Source of the DNA: Jimgerdemannia flammicorona
Taxonomy: Eukaryota
Assembly: GCA_003990765.1 (NCBI GenBank)
Contig: RBNJ01000199.1
Span: 1-36,990, forward strand
Direction: 5' to 3'
Length of the DNA: 36,990 bases
Part shown: in pieces, positions 10,849 to 20,555 of the stretch
Numbering within the stretch: the stretch's first letter is position 1
Layout of the letters: every line of letters starts with the position of its first letter
The notes under the pieces: generated by a model
Told to the model about the DNA's origin: nothing
Databases searched by the model: none
Seen by the model: only the letters and a program-made list of their open reading frames with translations
Program-made: the position numbers and the translations under genes

Positions 10849-13800
10849 CAGCACCTTTCTCAGCTATCATTAACATTACACACACTTTTACAACATACTT
10901 TTAAGTCATTTATTGAAGAAAGGTACTAAGGCAATAGCAAATAGCAAGTAATCTGGGGCACATACTGGACAGGGCAGCCCTAGTGCATTTGACTGGCAGT
11001 AGGTGGGGAGAGGTCCTAGTCTAGGGGGAGACATGAGAGGGCTGTTGGCAGGAAGATGAGGCAGAAGAGGAGGCAGTAGTAGAGAATAGGGGTCTAGAAG
11101 AGCAAGCTTTGTAGAGATGGTGAAAGAGAGGCAGTAGTCATCTGAGTTGGAGGATTGGCTGAGGAAAGGCAAGGAGATAGAGAAGACTACAGTTCACAGA
11201 GAAGTAGCCCTTGGTAGTGAGGGCAGTAGAGCTGGGAGAGTAGTGGCTGGGGAGAGTGTGATGGCTGATAGAGATGTGACTGCTGATGGTGTGGCTGAGT
11301 GACTGAGGCTTAGAAGGTAAGGAGATTTGGTAGATAGTGTGACAGGCCTAACAGTGGCCCCATTACTCAAAAAATTAATCTTGGTATTCATGGTGATATT
11401 GTGCTTCTGGAACCTGGCAGTGATGGCAAAAATGGTACTAGGGCTTATTGCTAAGCAGATGACTGAAGTAGCATCTGTAAAGTTTCTGAAGAGATTGGAG
11501 GGAGTGGAGGTGGACTTTGAAGAGGTCAAGCCTTTGGAGAAAGTACTGAAGGTTAGATTGATAGTTGGGGAAGTATATGTTCCGATGATACACTGCCTGA
11601 AATGGAACCCCAGGGTGGTCCAACTGCTAGTGAAAGGAGTATCTATAGTGACAGCAGTAGAGATGAGAAGGAGAGTCAAGGAGGTCATAGTAGAGTATGG
11701 AGAGGTGGTAGATATTGGATTCAGAGTCTGGGAAGGGACCTCACTCAGGACTAGAGATGTAGACATGAGGATTCAGCTGGCAGAAAAAGAAGCTACTGAG
11801 AAGGCAAGAGACTAGTCTTTGGAAATGGTCTGGGAGATAATCTTGTATAAGGTAATAAGGGTGAAGAAGAGTGAGGAGAAAGAAGAGGACTTACTAGAGA
11901 TACTGAAAGAGCTGAGTGGAGTAGTAGAGTAGCAGGTGAAGGCTTGAAGGACTTTTGTAGAGTCAATATACTTAGAGATAGTGGATAAGAAGCAGGTTCG
12001 AGTGGACAAGAGATAATGAGAAAAATCTCAGAGTTGTAAGCATCAGAAGGAGCTGCTAGCTAAGATGGAAGGTCAACCACAAAAGGAGGTAGGTGGAATA
12101 GTGGAAACAGGGGATGTCAAGACAAGTATCTGGACCAGTAAGGATGGTGAGAGTATAGAGAAAGAGATAAGAGAGGACAGGAAAGTAGTTGGTAGTGACC
12201 TGTATACTGATGGTATGTTTGAGGTCTGAGAAGAAAACTGAGAGAGATTGTTTACCCCTACTTCTCTTATCAGGTGAGGTCTGGCTTCCTAAAGTAGGGT
12301 GGGAGAAGATGTGCTGATAAAGGGGGCCCAGTAAGTGCAATTTGGAGTTTCTGTAGTAGCAAATGGAGGACAAGTGGTGGTAGTTGGAGAGGAGGAACTG
12401 GTGGATGTCCTGGAGGTGTGAGATGAGGTGGCAAGTACTGGGGCTGATACTATAATGTTGGACAGTAGGAAACTAGCAACTTCTGGAGGGAAGGAGGTGG
12501 GAAACCTACTTTGGATGTACAAAATGATAAATAACCTGATAGTGGAAGAGTTGGGAGAGGTAGACTTGAGAGTAATAAGTGATGAGCATTGGGTATAGAT
12601 CCTGCAGGGGGATAGTGTAGAGTTGGCATTAAAGGCAGAGATCTTTACAGTATATCTGGAGGAGGAAGAGTATGAGGTGGATAAGGAGCAAGAGGCAGAG
12701 CTAGCCAGGGTTAGTGGTAAGAGGGCTAAATACTATTAGGCCAAGTAATATGAATTGTAGCTCTGGCAGGCGGCCTGTCTAGAGTATCGAGAAGAGTTTG
12801 AGGAGTAGGTAGATGGGGAGATGAATGAGCTATTGGTTGAATTGGAGGCTCAGAGGGCTGAGAAAATAGAGGTGACTATGGAACATAATCTGGATTTGGC
12901 ACAGAAGGAGATAAACATAAAGTAGTAGAGAAGGACTTGATAATATACCATATTTTATTATGAATAGTACAACTAATATTTTTTCTTTGAATATGAATAG
13001 GTTACAGGGTGCTTATCAATAAAGGAACATTTTTACTTGGCTGAAGGGATTGGAGGCTGATCTCTTCCTCTTGTAGGATATCAGATGTAAAGATGATTTG
13101 AATAGACTGGAATAGACAAAGAAATGGGAAGGTGAGGCAGTTTAGAAGGGCAAGGTTGGGATTCTGATATGAAAAGGTAGAGGGGAGATAAGAGATATAT
13201 AGAGCTGGGGAGATAGATTGGTCTGGGGGAAGTAGATATGTGCAGAATGAGAGCTGGTTACAGTGGGCTTCTATTACTGCTCTGCTATATGGAGTGAGTA
13301 TATAGATTGAGTGAAGGACCTTCAGGAGAGTGAGATCCTTATAAAGACTGAAGTAGATATGCTTGGTAGAGACTTCAATATAGTCTGAGATATACTATTA
13401 GATAGAATAAATAGAGAATGGATCAAAGTAGTAGACTAGTAGTATGAGAGGAAGTGGAGAGGCTAAGTGTATTGGTGAATATGGGTAGGGAGTACTGGGG
13501 AGATAAGAGGGTATATATGCATTGGGCAAAGGGCTTGGGGATGAGAATTGATTGGATTCTGACAGCCGGCTGCTGGGGCTTGGATGTTTGGAAGTCACTG
13601 GAGATAGAATGATATTCTTAGTTAGATCATTGAGAAATTTTAGAACAGAGGCATTTTGGGAGGAGTGGGGATGGGCCTGGACATTGGTACCTCAATTTCT
13701 CCTTATTAGATAATAAGTTCTGGTAGGATGAGTAGACTGTGGACATTCAACTGAGGGTGGAGTGCTGGAGACAGGAAGGTGCCCCAGTTGGTGTTTGATA

Positions 13801-16665
13801 GATATAGATGAAAGAGATGGCCAGGACCTACTGGAGGGAGGCTGGCAAGAAGGCTGGGAAACAGAGGAGGTGATGGGTGAGATGGACTTCTAGTAGACTG
13901 TCTAGACTCTTGGAGGATTGGGCAAGACTAGCTATATTAGAGAGGGAGGAGAATTGGAGATCAAGAAGGGTGAAAATAGAGGTTGGTGAACTACAACAGA
14001 TATTACAGGAGGAGAAAGAGGCAAAGATGCAGAGTTTGGCAGTGCAGCTCTGTTGGTAGAGTTTGGAAGAAGGGGAGAGACTCTCAAAGTATCTCACAAG
14101 AGCCCTTCAGGTGAGAAGGGTATAGTAAAGATGAGAGGGGGTACTTGACTCTAATGATATACTAGTGCATAATATACAAGATATTCTTGGATCTTTAAAG
14201 GAGCATTGGAGTGGATTGTAGAGTGAGGAGAAGGGTGGGGCAGACACTGATACTATTGACTGAGCATTAGAGGATTGGTGCCCCCTGCAAGTAGATGGGT
14301 TGAGAGACTTAGTGTTGCCAGTACAAAAAGAGGAGATCTATCAGATTCTTACCACAACAATGCTAGGTATGGCACCTGGAGAGGATAATTTGCTCTGGGA
14401 CTTCTGGAAGAAGATGGTGGGAGTTCCAGGAGTACTGAGTGAGATAATAGCATTATGTGATTTTATTTTACAGACAGGGAGATGGGTGGGGGAATAGGAT
14501 CTGGGGTTGGTGACATTGTTTTTCAAGAACAAAGGAAGGAGAGAGGACTGGAAGAACTGGAGGCCGATTATGCTACTGGATATAGACAGAAAGTTGGTCA
14601 CTAAGGTAGTGATCATGAGGCTACAAAAGGTGGCCCAGCAAGTTTTAGGTATTGAACAGAGGGGCTTTGTAGGAGGCCAGCTCATTAGGGATAGTATAGC
14701 TTGAGTACATGGAGTTATTAAAGGGGTATAAGCAAGTGTATTGAATGGATGACTAGTCTTTTTAGACCAGGAGAAAGCTTATGACTGGGTGAGATGAGTC
14801 TGGCTGGTGAAAGTATTGGATAAGACTGGGGTTCTATATCAGTTCAGGTCAGCAATGGTCAGCCTACTGGAAGAGAGTAGGGCTGTGCTCATGTGTAATA
14901 AATATAGAGAGGTAGTATTTCCCCTTGATAGGAGGGTACTTCAGGGGGACCCACTGTCTCCCATTCTGTATGCTCTTTCCCTGAAATTCTTAATGGATTG
15001 AATTCAGCAGAAGATAGTAGAGCTCTCTATCTTTGGCATTGGGTAGAAAGTAGGGGCCTTTGTGGATAATATAGTGGTAGGCCTGAAATCAATTGCTGAT
15101 GTTGAGGAGCTTAAGGAGATAGTGGAGTGGTATGAGGAGAACTCTGGGGCTAAACTTAATTAGCATAAGTACAAAACAATAGTGTTAGGCAATAGTCTGA
15201 TAGAAAGGGAGATTATTGGAACAATTGTCCCTTCTGGTAAGGCAGTGTAGTACTTGGGTATCTATCTGTCAGTTTATGGATCAGTTCTATCTAGACTTTG
15301 ATGGAAGCAGCAGGTTGGAATCTGAGGGGAGGCCCTGCAGAATTGGAGGGGTTGCCAATTGTCTCTGGTGGGACATATCTTGATTTTGAACATCTACTGG
15401 CTGTCAAAGTTATAGTATCTAGCTTATCATCTAGACTTCCCAGCCTAAGTGGTGAAGAGATTGATGAAGCTGGCCAAGAGGTGGATCTGGGCTGAAAGAA
15501 GGAGTCAGATCAGCTGGAAGATCTTGTTCTTACCAGTGGCAAGTAGTGGACTTAGGCTGGTTAACTTTTCAAAAAGACTGCACTGCTTGAGAGTATGGTA
15601 GTTGAAGAGAGTCATAGAGTTGAAAGAGAGAGGTTGGGTTCCCCTATTGTAGAAGGTCTGGAAGATAAGATCTTTGCCAAGAGACTTAACTGGAGATCTC
15701 CTATCTTTAGTTGGCCTTCAGAACATTGAATAATTGTGATATAAAGGCTTCTGGTAGAGGGTGATGGAAGGGGCATACTGCATTGGAATTCATTGGCAGG
15801 AAAATGAAGGAGAGATGGCTTGGGACCTGGCAATATAGAGATAGGACTAAGTGTTGCTGGATGGCAGTCTCTTAATCAAGTTTGACATTAGTGATGGAAT
15901 AGAATGCCAAAAGAGACTAGGCCAGAATATTGGTGAAGAGTGAGACTGGCATGGTATTTGGGCCTAGAGTGCTGAGGTGAGAAGATGGATGCCACCAAAG
16001 TACTGGGTGACTTGGTGGTATATACTGAGGAGAAATGTAATACTCAACTACCACTCAGGTCACCTTATCAAGAGAGATTGCTTCAACTGTAAGAAGTGCC
16101 ATAATGTAGGGCAGGAAGGGGAATATATACAGATGCCTGAACATTGGCTAGGAGAGTATGAGATACTTAGTAACTTTTGGTAGACTATTGGGGATTAGTT
16201 GGGAGTAGGGTACAGGAGAGTTGGTATGTGGGGGTGGTGGGAGGATTTGAGAGATAGACTAGTGGGAGGGGGTGGGAAAAGAATAGCTTATGTTAGGCTA
16301 GGCTTTGACTATCTGGATAGGGTTGGCTAGTTACTAGCTATTTGTTTTTGAGGATAAGAGGAGACTGGGATTAGAGGTCCAGCTACTGTGGTGGCATAGC
16401 CTTATGGAAGATACCTTGACAGAATAGTGGCTTGGTTGGGGGTTGCAAGATGGTCAAAGATATTGCTTAGTGGAGAAAATCTGTAGGCAGAGTAGGAAGA
16501 GAGTTGGAGTAGTGGGTGAGAAGGTGGTCTTTGTTTGGGAGAGAGTGGGGAGAGGCTCTCCTATAGAGATCAGATAGTGGGAGGAAATACTATAAACTTA
16601 TTAATAGACTGATAATAAATGGCAGAGTCTAAGTAACTATAAAAAAAAAAAAAAAAAAAAAAAAA
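10849..16665 (+). mobile_element. Full-length degenerate L1/Tx1-like LINE, copy 2
   Basis: Seen: colinear with copy 1, ORF1 ATG at 11033, ORF2 ATG at 12960, motifs NWRPIMLLDIDRKLVTKV, QRGFVGG, DQEKAYD and QGDPLSPILY, poly(A) at 16641-16665. The 17-bp TSD is AAAGGCTTTCAAATGAC (10832-10848) / AAAGGCTTTCAAATAAC (16663-16679). Confidence 0.93.
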
Positions 16666-16720
16666 GGCTTTCAAATAACACCAAGATCATCAAAATTAAA
16701 TGTGATAGAATTTAATTCAA

Positions 16721-17899
16721 ACAATGACCATCCCTTTCTCCACTATCTTACCAGTCACAATAGTTTGGTAGATAACCTTCTAAGTCTACTTTTCCCAACT
16801 AAAACCCTCTCTATCTTAGATTGGGTTGCTATACCTATTATAGGGCAATAAGTGAGAGGCAATGGTGATGAGTTGCCTCTTTATCAGTATTAGATCAGTG
16901 TCTTCTCTACTTTTTCATAGTTTCTGATACCTTCAGCTATATCTGGAATATATTTATTTTAGTGTAACACCTTCTTTCTTTTGCTATTATCAATAAGGTG
17001 CTGTCTTGGTATATCATGGGCTATATAGAGAGTCAGCTGACCTTGGGTATCAAGTGCTCAGGTAGGTTACCTGTAGGTCCTCAGTATCTATAGTGGGACC
17101 CTCTGACTTTAGTGAGCTTCTCAATAAGCATGGTTCTGGTATAGGTGACTGCTTTTCAGGTATTGTTAGAATGGGAGAGGAGATGGTCATCACAGATAGG
17201 AGAAAGGATGATAACAGTGAACTAGTAGGGTGTCAGGCTGGGGACAGTCATTAAGGCTGGAGTGAATACTACTTTAGTGAGGTCTTTTGATTGGTGCAGA
17301 GCAGTTAGATAATAGATACATATCACTTTTGGCTTCTTTTGATAATTCAGCGAGTTAAGCCTCAGTTATTAGGGGGAATCAGGGGGTCCAAGGCTACCTA
17401 TTTTAGATATCTTAACTGTACTCAACTAGAACTGAGAGCTGATATGACAATGTAATCAAGGCTTGCAGACTTAAGTAGTAGAGCATTGGAGATTTCCTCT
17501 TGCCTCATATATAAGTCCTTTACTTATCTTGACTAGGAGAACCAAGCTCTACCTATTATGATATACTTTGATGAAAGTTTTTTCTTTGTCTATTATTCTT
17601 TTTGAAATGGTAAAAACTATTCTATTTAGCTCAGATATAATCTTATACATATGTTGGAGTCTCAAGTATGTGCTTTCAGTCATTGACATATGACTGAGTT
17701 CTCTCTAGTAGTAGAGAAAATATAGTATATAGAATAAGATATAAGCTAACATAAACCCTGTTATACCTGATATGGTCAAACTACTAGATAATAACTAGTC
17801 TAGATTAATAGAGAAGTAGTGCTTGATGAGTGATGAGAGAGGATTTTGACCTATATAATCTAGATTCCCTTCCAATAAAAATCCATAAGACATTGAGTC

Positions 17900-17971
<72 letters not shown>
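16721..17971 (+). mobile_element. 5'-truncated poly(A) retroposon of a different family (probable LINE 3' fragment)
   Basis: Seen: CpG-depleted body, AATAAA near 17874, 68-nt poly(A) at 17904-17971, and a candidate 7-bp TSD AATTCAA (16714-16720 / 17970-17976). I could not align it by eye to the 3' ends of LINE copies 1-3 and recognised no protein motif. Confidence 0.6.
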
Positions 17972-17973
<2 letters not shown>

Positions 17974-18119
17974 CAATCCAAATCCAATCCAAATCCAATC
18001 TGAGTTAAATTGACTTGTTCGAAATACTAAATATAGTATATATAATACTATTATAATGTATATCTACTATGTTCTACAAGGAGATCTATAAGACCATTGT
18101 GTTAACATCAGAGCCATTA

Positions 18120-18650
18120 CTGGATTTGAATATATATACAAAAAACTAAACAAAATGTAATGTTGAACTCAAAGAACTGTAAGAATAGAATTCTTTCTAA
18201 ATAAAATACAGAAGAATGACAATGAATACAAACCTTCTTAAAGATCTTCATATGTATAAACTCTACAAATGTCATCTGCATGGTCTCAGCCCCCCAAGCA
18301 CACAGCTTCTATGAGCTGCTTGATGATGTTGTCAACCACCTACCCAAACCTGCCATAATGCATCAGAAGGGGCATATAATCAAACATAACCAGTATGATG
18401 AGCCTTATGAGCATACTCAGGGTAGTCTTGAAATGAAAGACCTCAATCGATCTGGTGGTGTCTGCGGTAGCAGCATTCATTGCCTCTGTGAAACAATGGA
18501 CCACACGTGTTAAAGTATTTATCTCCTTTACAAACCCACATCAAAGAAAAAACATAGCTCTCACAAAACCCACCTATATTCCATTTCTCTTTTCCTGTTG
18601 TTTTCTTCTTGCTACTCTCCCCCCCCTCTCGCCACCATGGCTCTCATCTC
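18120..18650 (-). pseudogene. Decayed intron-containing fragment resembling the C-terminal region of cohesin subunit Scc3/STAG; outer limits approximate
   Basis: Seen: GT-AG introns at 18573-18486 and 18233-18177. Exon 18485-18234 translates EAMNAATADTTRSIEVFHFKTTLSMLIRLIILVMFDYMPLLMHYGRFG*VVDNIIKQLIEAV, with a stop and apparent +1 shifts in G-runs. Inference from remembered family motifs (STAG KLII...HY...DIIK; fungal LLxHYGR); no search was run. Confidence 0.5.
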
Positions 18651-18699
18651 CGGCTCGCCCCTCAGGGCGCGTCGTTGGAGCGGCAGCGGGAATAGTAGT

Positions 18700-19262
18700 A
18701 CTAGAAGCGGCGTGGCTGCTTCGAGGTAGCAGTCGCATGGCGCATTGTAGAAACAGCCACGAGGCACGTTACTGTAGTGGTGGCAGGGCTCATAGTTATA
18801 GAAGCAATGGGATGCGTCGTGGCAGCTGCCGCAGGGTGCATTGTGCTTGCAGCCATGGGGCGTGTCGTAGTAGCAGTAGCGGTGCGCGTCATGGTAAGAC
18901 CCGCGGGAAGCAACGTGTTAGCAGCCACGATGCATGTCATAGAAGCATCCAAGGGAAGATCTTGCATGGTAGACGTATCGTTAAAGCATTCAAGAGATGG
19001 TCTGGTGTGGTGGAGTGCGTCGTGATAGGGCCCGCGGGGCATGACATATAGTAGCAGCCATGGGAAGGCCTTGAGTGGTGGAACGCATTGCGGTGGAGCA
19101 CATCGTGGTAGAGCACGTCTTGATAGAGCCCGCGGGGCACGATGTCGTAGCAGCCACGGGACAGCCTTGAGTGGTGAAGAGCATCGCGGTGGAGGGAGCG
19201 CGTCATGGTGGTGCGCGTCATGGTGGAGCGCGTTGTGGTAGGGCCATGGAATGCGTCGTATA
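18700..19262. repeat. Degenerate GC-rich minisatellite (24-bp and ~15-bp units)
   Basis: Seen on the minus strand: actacgacacgccccatggctgca / agcacaatgcaccctgcggcagct / gccacgacgcatcccattgcttct and similar units. A ~85-bp higher-order duplication contains gccttgagtggtg twice. Confidence 0.7.
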
Positions 19263-19332
19263 AGCAGCGGCTGGGCTAGGCTGGGAGTGTGTGGAGGTTG
19301 AGCATGGTTTGGGATCTTGTTATTCGTAGAGG

Positions 19333-19489
19333 TTATTGGGAAGACAAGAAGGGTGTAAAATAATCTTATTGGGAAGACAAGAAGGATGTAAAATAATCTT
19401 ATCAGGAAGAAGATGTAAAATAATCTTATCAGGAAGAAGATGTAAAATAATCTTATTGGGAAGATAGGAAGACAAGAAGGATGTAAAAT
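19333..19489. repeat. Tandem repeat, five units of 27-41 bp with core GATGTAAAATAATCTTAT
   Basis: Seen: ttattgggaagacaagaaggRtgtaaaataatc x2, ttatcaggaagaagatgtaaaataatc x2, plus one longer variant. Confidence 0.9.
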
Positions 19490-19686
19490 GAAATGGCCAC
19501 TTTAAATTACTTCCACCAAAGGTAACATTTTAAAAGTGGCAGCCTCAAATAATCTGGCTGAAAGCCCATATCTTGGCACACATACTTTAACAAATATCAA
19601 TCAATAATAACAATAAAGAACCTATCGAATTTAGGGTAAAAGCGCGTACCTCTACCACATATGAGTAAAATATCAACATTCATGAC

Positions 19687-19756
19687 GTTGTGACGTGATT
19701 TCCAGTTGTGATGTGATTTCCAGTTATGGCGTGATTTCCAGTTGTGACGTGATTCC
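19687..19756 (+). repeat. Four 18-bp tandem units GTTGTGACGTGATTTCCA containing CRE-like TGACGT
   Basis: Seen: units start at 19687, 19705, 19723 and 19741, about 240-310 bp upstream of the Hsp20 ATG. Confidence 0.85.
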
Positions 19757-19835
19757 GATTGACAGGTTTTGTCGTGGGAAAATCATTTCGGTTCCAGACA
19801 TTTCCTAATTCTGACGTTAACATGTCTCAGTGTTG

Positions 19836-19897
19836 CGAATCTTGCCGAGTTGTGACGAAAGTGCCAGAACCTTCGCGTTTCCGAAGAATGATATAAA
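19836..19897 (+). promoter_or_regulatory. Putative Hsp20 promoter: partial heat-shock element plus TATA box
   Basis: Seen: aGAAccTTCg at 19866-19875, imperfect GAAtcTTGccGAG near 19838, TATAAA at 19892-19897, then a CA-rich leader. Established: an HSE consists of alternating nGAAn units. Confidence 0.55.
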
Positions 19898-19997
19898 TGT
19901 GCTCTGGTATAATGCGCTCCTAATTCTCACTCAATACCATACCACACACCACACCACACAAAAACAACTCCAACTACAAACAACTCCAACTACAACT

Positions 19998-20555
19998 ATG
20001 TCGCTTATCAACCGCGTGTTCCCAGAGATCTTCCGTGATGCCGGCCGCGCCTTTGCCATGCTGGACGATCCCTTTCTTCAGGCCGCCCGCCGCTCCATCG
20101 TTCCCGGTTTCGGCTCCCTCCGCCCGGCAGTTGACATCTCCGAGACGGATAAGGCCTACGTACTTGAGGCCGAAGTGCCCGGCATGAAAAAGAAGGATCT
20201 CGACATCGAATTTACCGACGACACCACCCTCATCGTCAAGGGTAAAATTGAGCGCTCTTCCGAGACCGGAGCCGGCGCTGGTTTCGGTGCCAAGGACGAG
20301 TCCATCATCGAGCAAGGGGAGAATCAGCAGCAGCAGTCAACTGACGTCGTCAGCGCCGAGGGTCCCCAAATGGGCGTAAGCGACCCGCGCCAGACCTGGT
20401 GGTCCAGCGAGCGCGTCCTAGGTTCATTCCAGCGCTCGTTCACCTTCCCTGGAAAAATTGACCCAGCCAACGTCAAGGCCACGTATAAAGATGGCGTTCT
20501 GACTATCACCGTGCCAAAGCCCGAGAGTAAGGTCAACAAGATCACGATTGATTAA
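19998..20555 (+). CDS. HSP20: Small heat-shock protein (Hsp20/alpha-crystallin family), 185 aa, intronless
   Basis: Seen: MSLINRVFPEIF... with alpha-crystallin motifs PAVDISETDKAYVLEAEVPGMKKKDLDIEF and SERVLGSFQRSFTFPGKIDPANVKATYKDGVLTITVPK. The ATG at 19998 follows the TATA box and leader. Confidence 0.96.
   Translation: MSLINRVFPEIFRDAGRAFAMLDDPFLQAARRSIVPGFGSLRPAVDISETDKAYVLEAEVPGMKKKDLDIEFTDDTTLIVKGKIERSSETGAGAGFGAKDESIIEQGENQQQQSTDVVSAEGPQMGVSDPRQTWWSSERVLGSFQRSFTFPGKIDPANVKATYKDGVLTITVPKPESKVNKITID

Larger units (their letters stand above)
10459..18029. mobile_element. Non-autonomous hAT-like DNA transposon (~0.5 kb of its own sequence) containing two nested retroposons
   Basis: Seen: perfect 8-bp TSD AATATAGT at 10451-10458 and 18030-18037. 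Imperfect TIRs TAGTGCTCCAAATGAGCTGATTCAGATCAG and (reverse complement) TAGTATTTCGAACAAGTCAATTTAACTCAG differ mostly by transitions. Established: an 8-bp TSD with TAG termini is typical of hAT elements. No transposase is seen. Confidence 0.8.

Noticed and set aside
2649..15833. Many Ser/Leu/Pro-rich minus-strand ORFs in the ORF track
   Set aside because: These are antisense shadows of the purine-rich LINE ORFs, not independent genes.
4753..16600. Alternative genetic code (TAG/TGA read-through) explaining the LINE stops
   Set aside because: Stops fall at different positions in different copies and trace to TGG, CAG or CGA codons; host genes here end normally in TAA, TAG and TGA.
19333..19489. 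CRISPR-like appearance of regularly spaced repeats
   Set aside because: The intervening sequences are themselves repeats of each other rather than unique spacers; the context is eukaryotic and no cas genes are present.
19830..19997. N-terminal extension of HSP20 in the ORF track
   Set aside because: It begins at a non-ATG codon and runs through the TATA box and CA-rich leader; the ATG at 19998 is the credible start.
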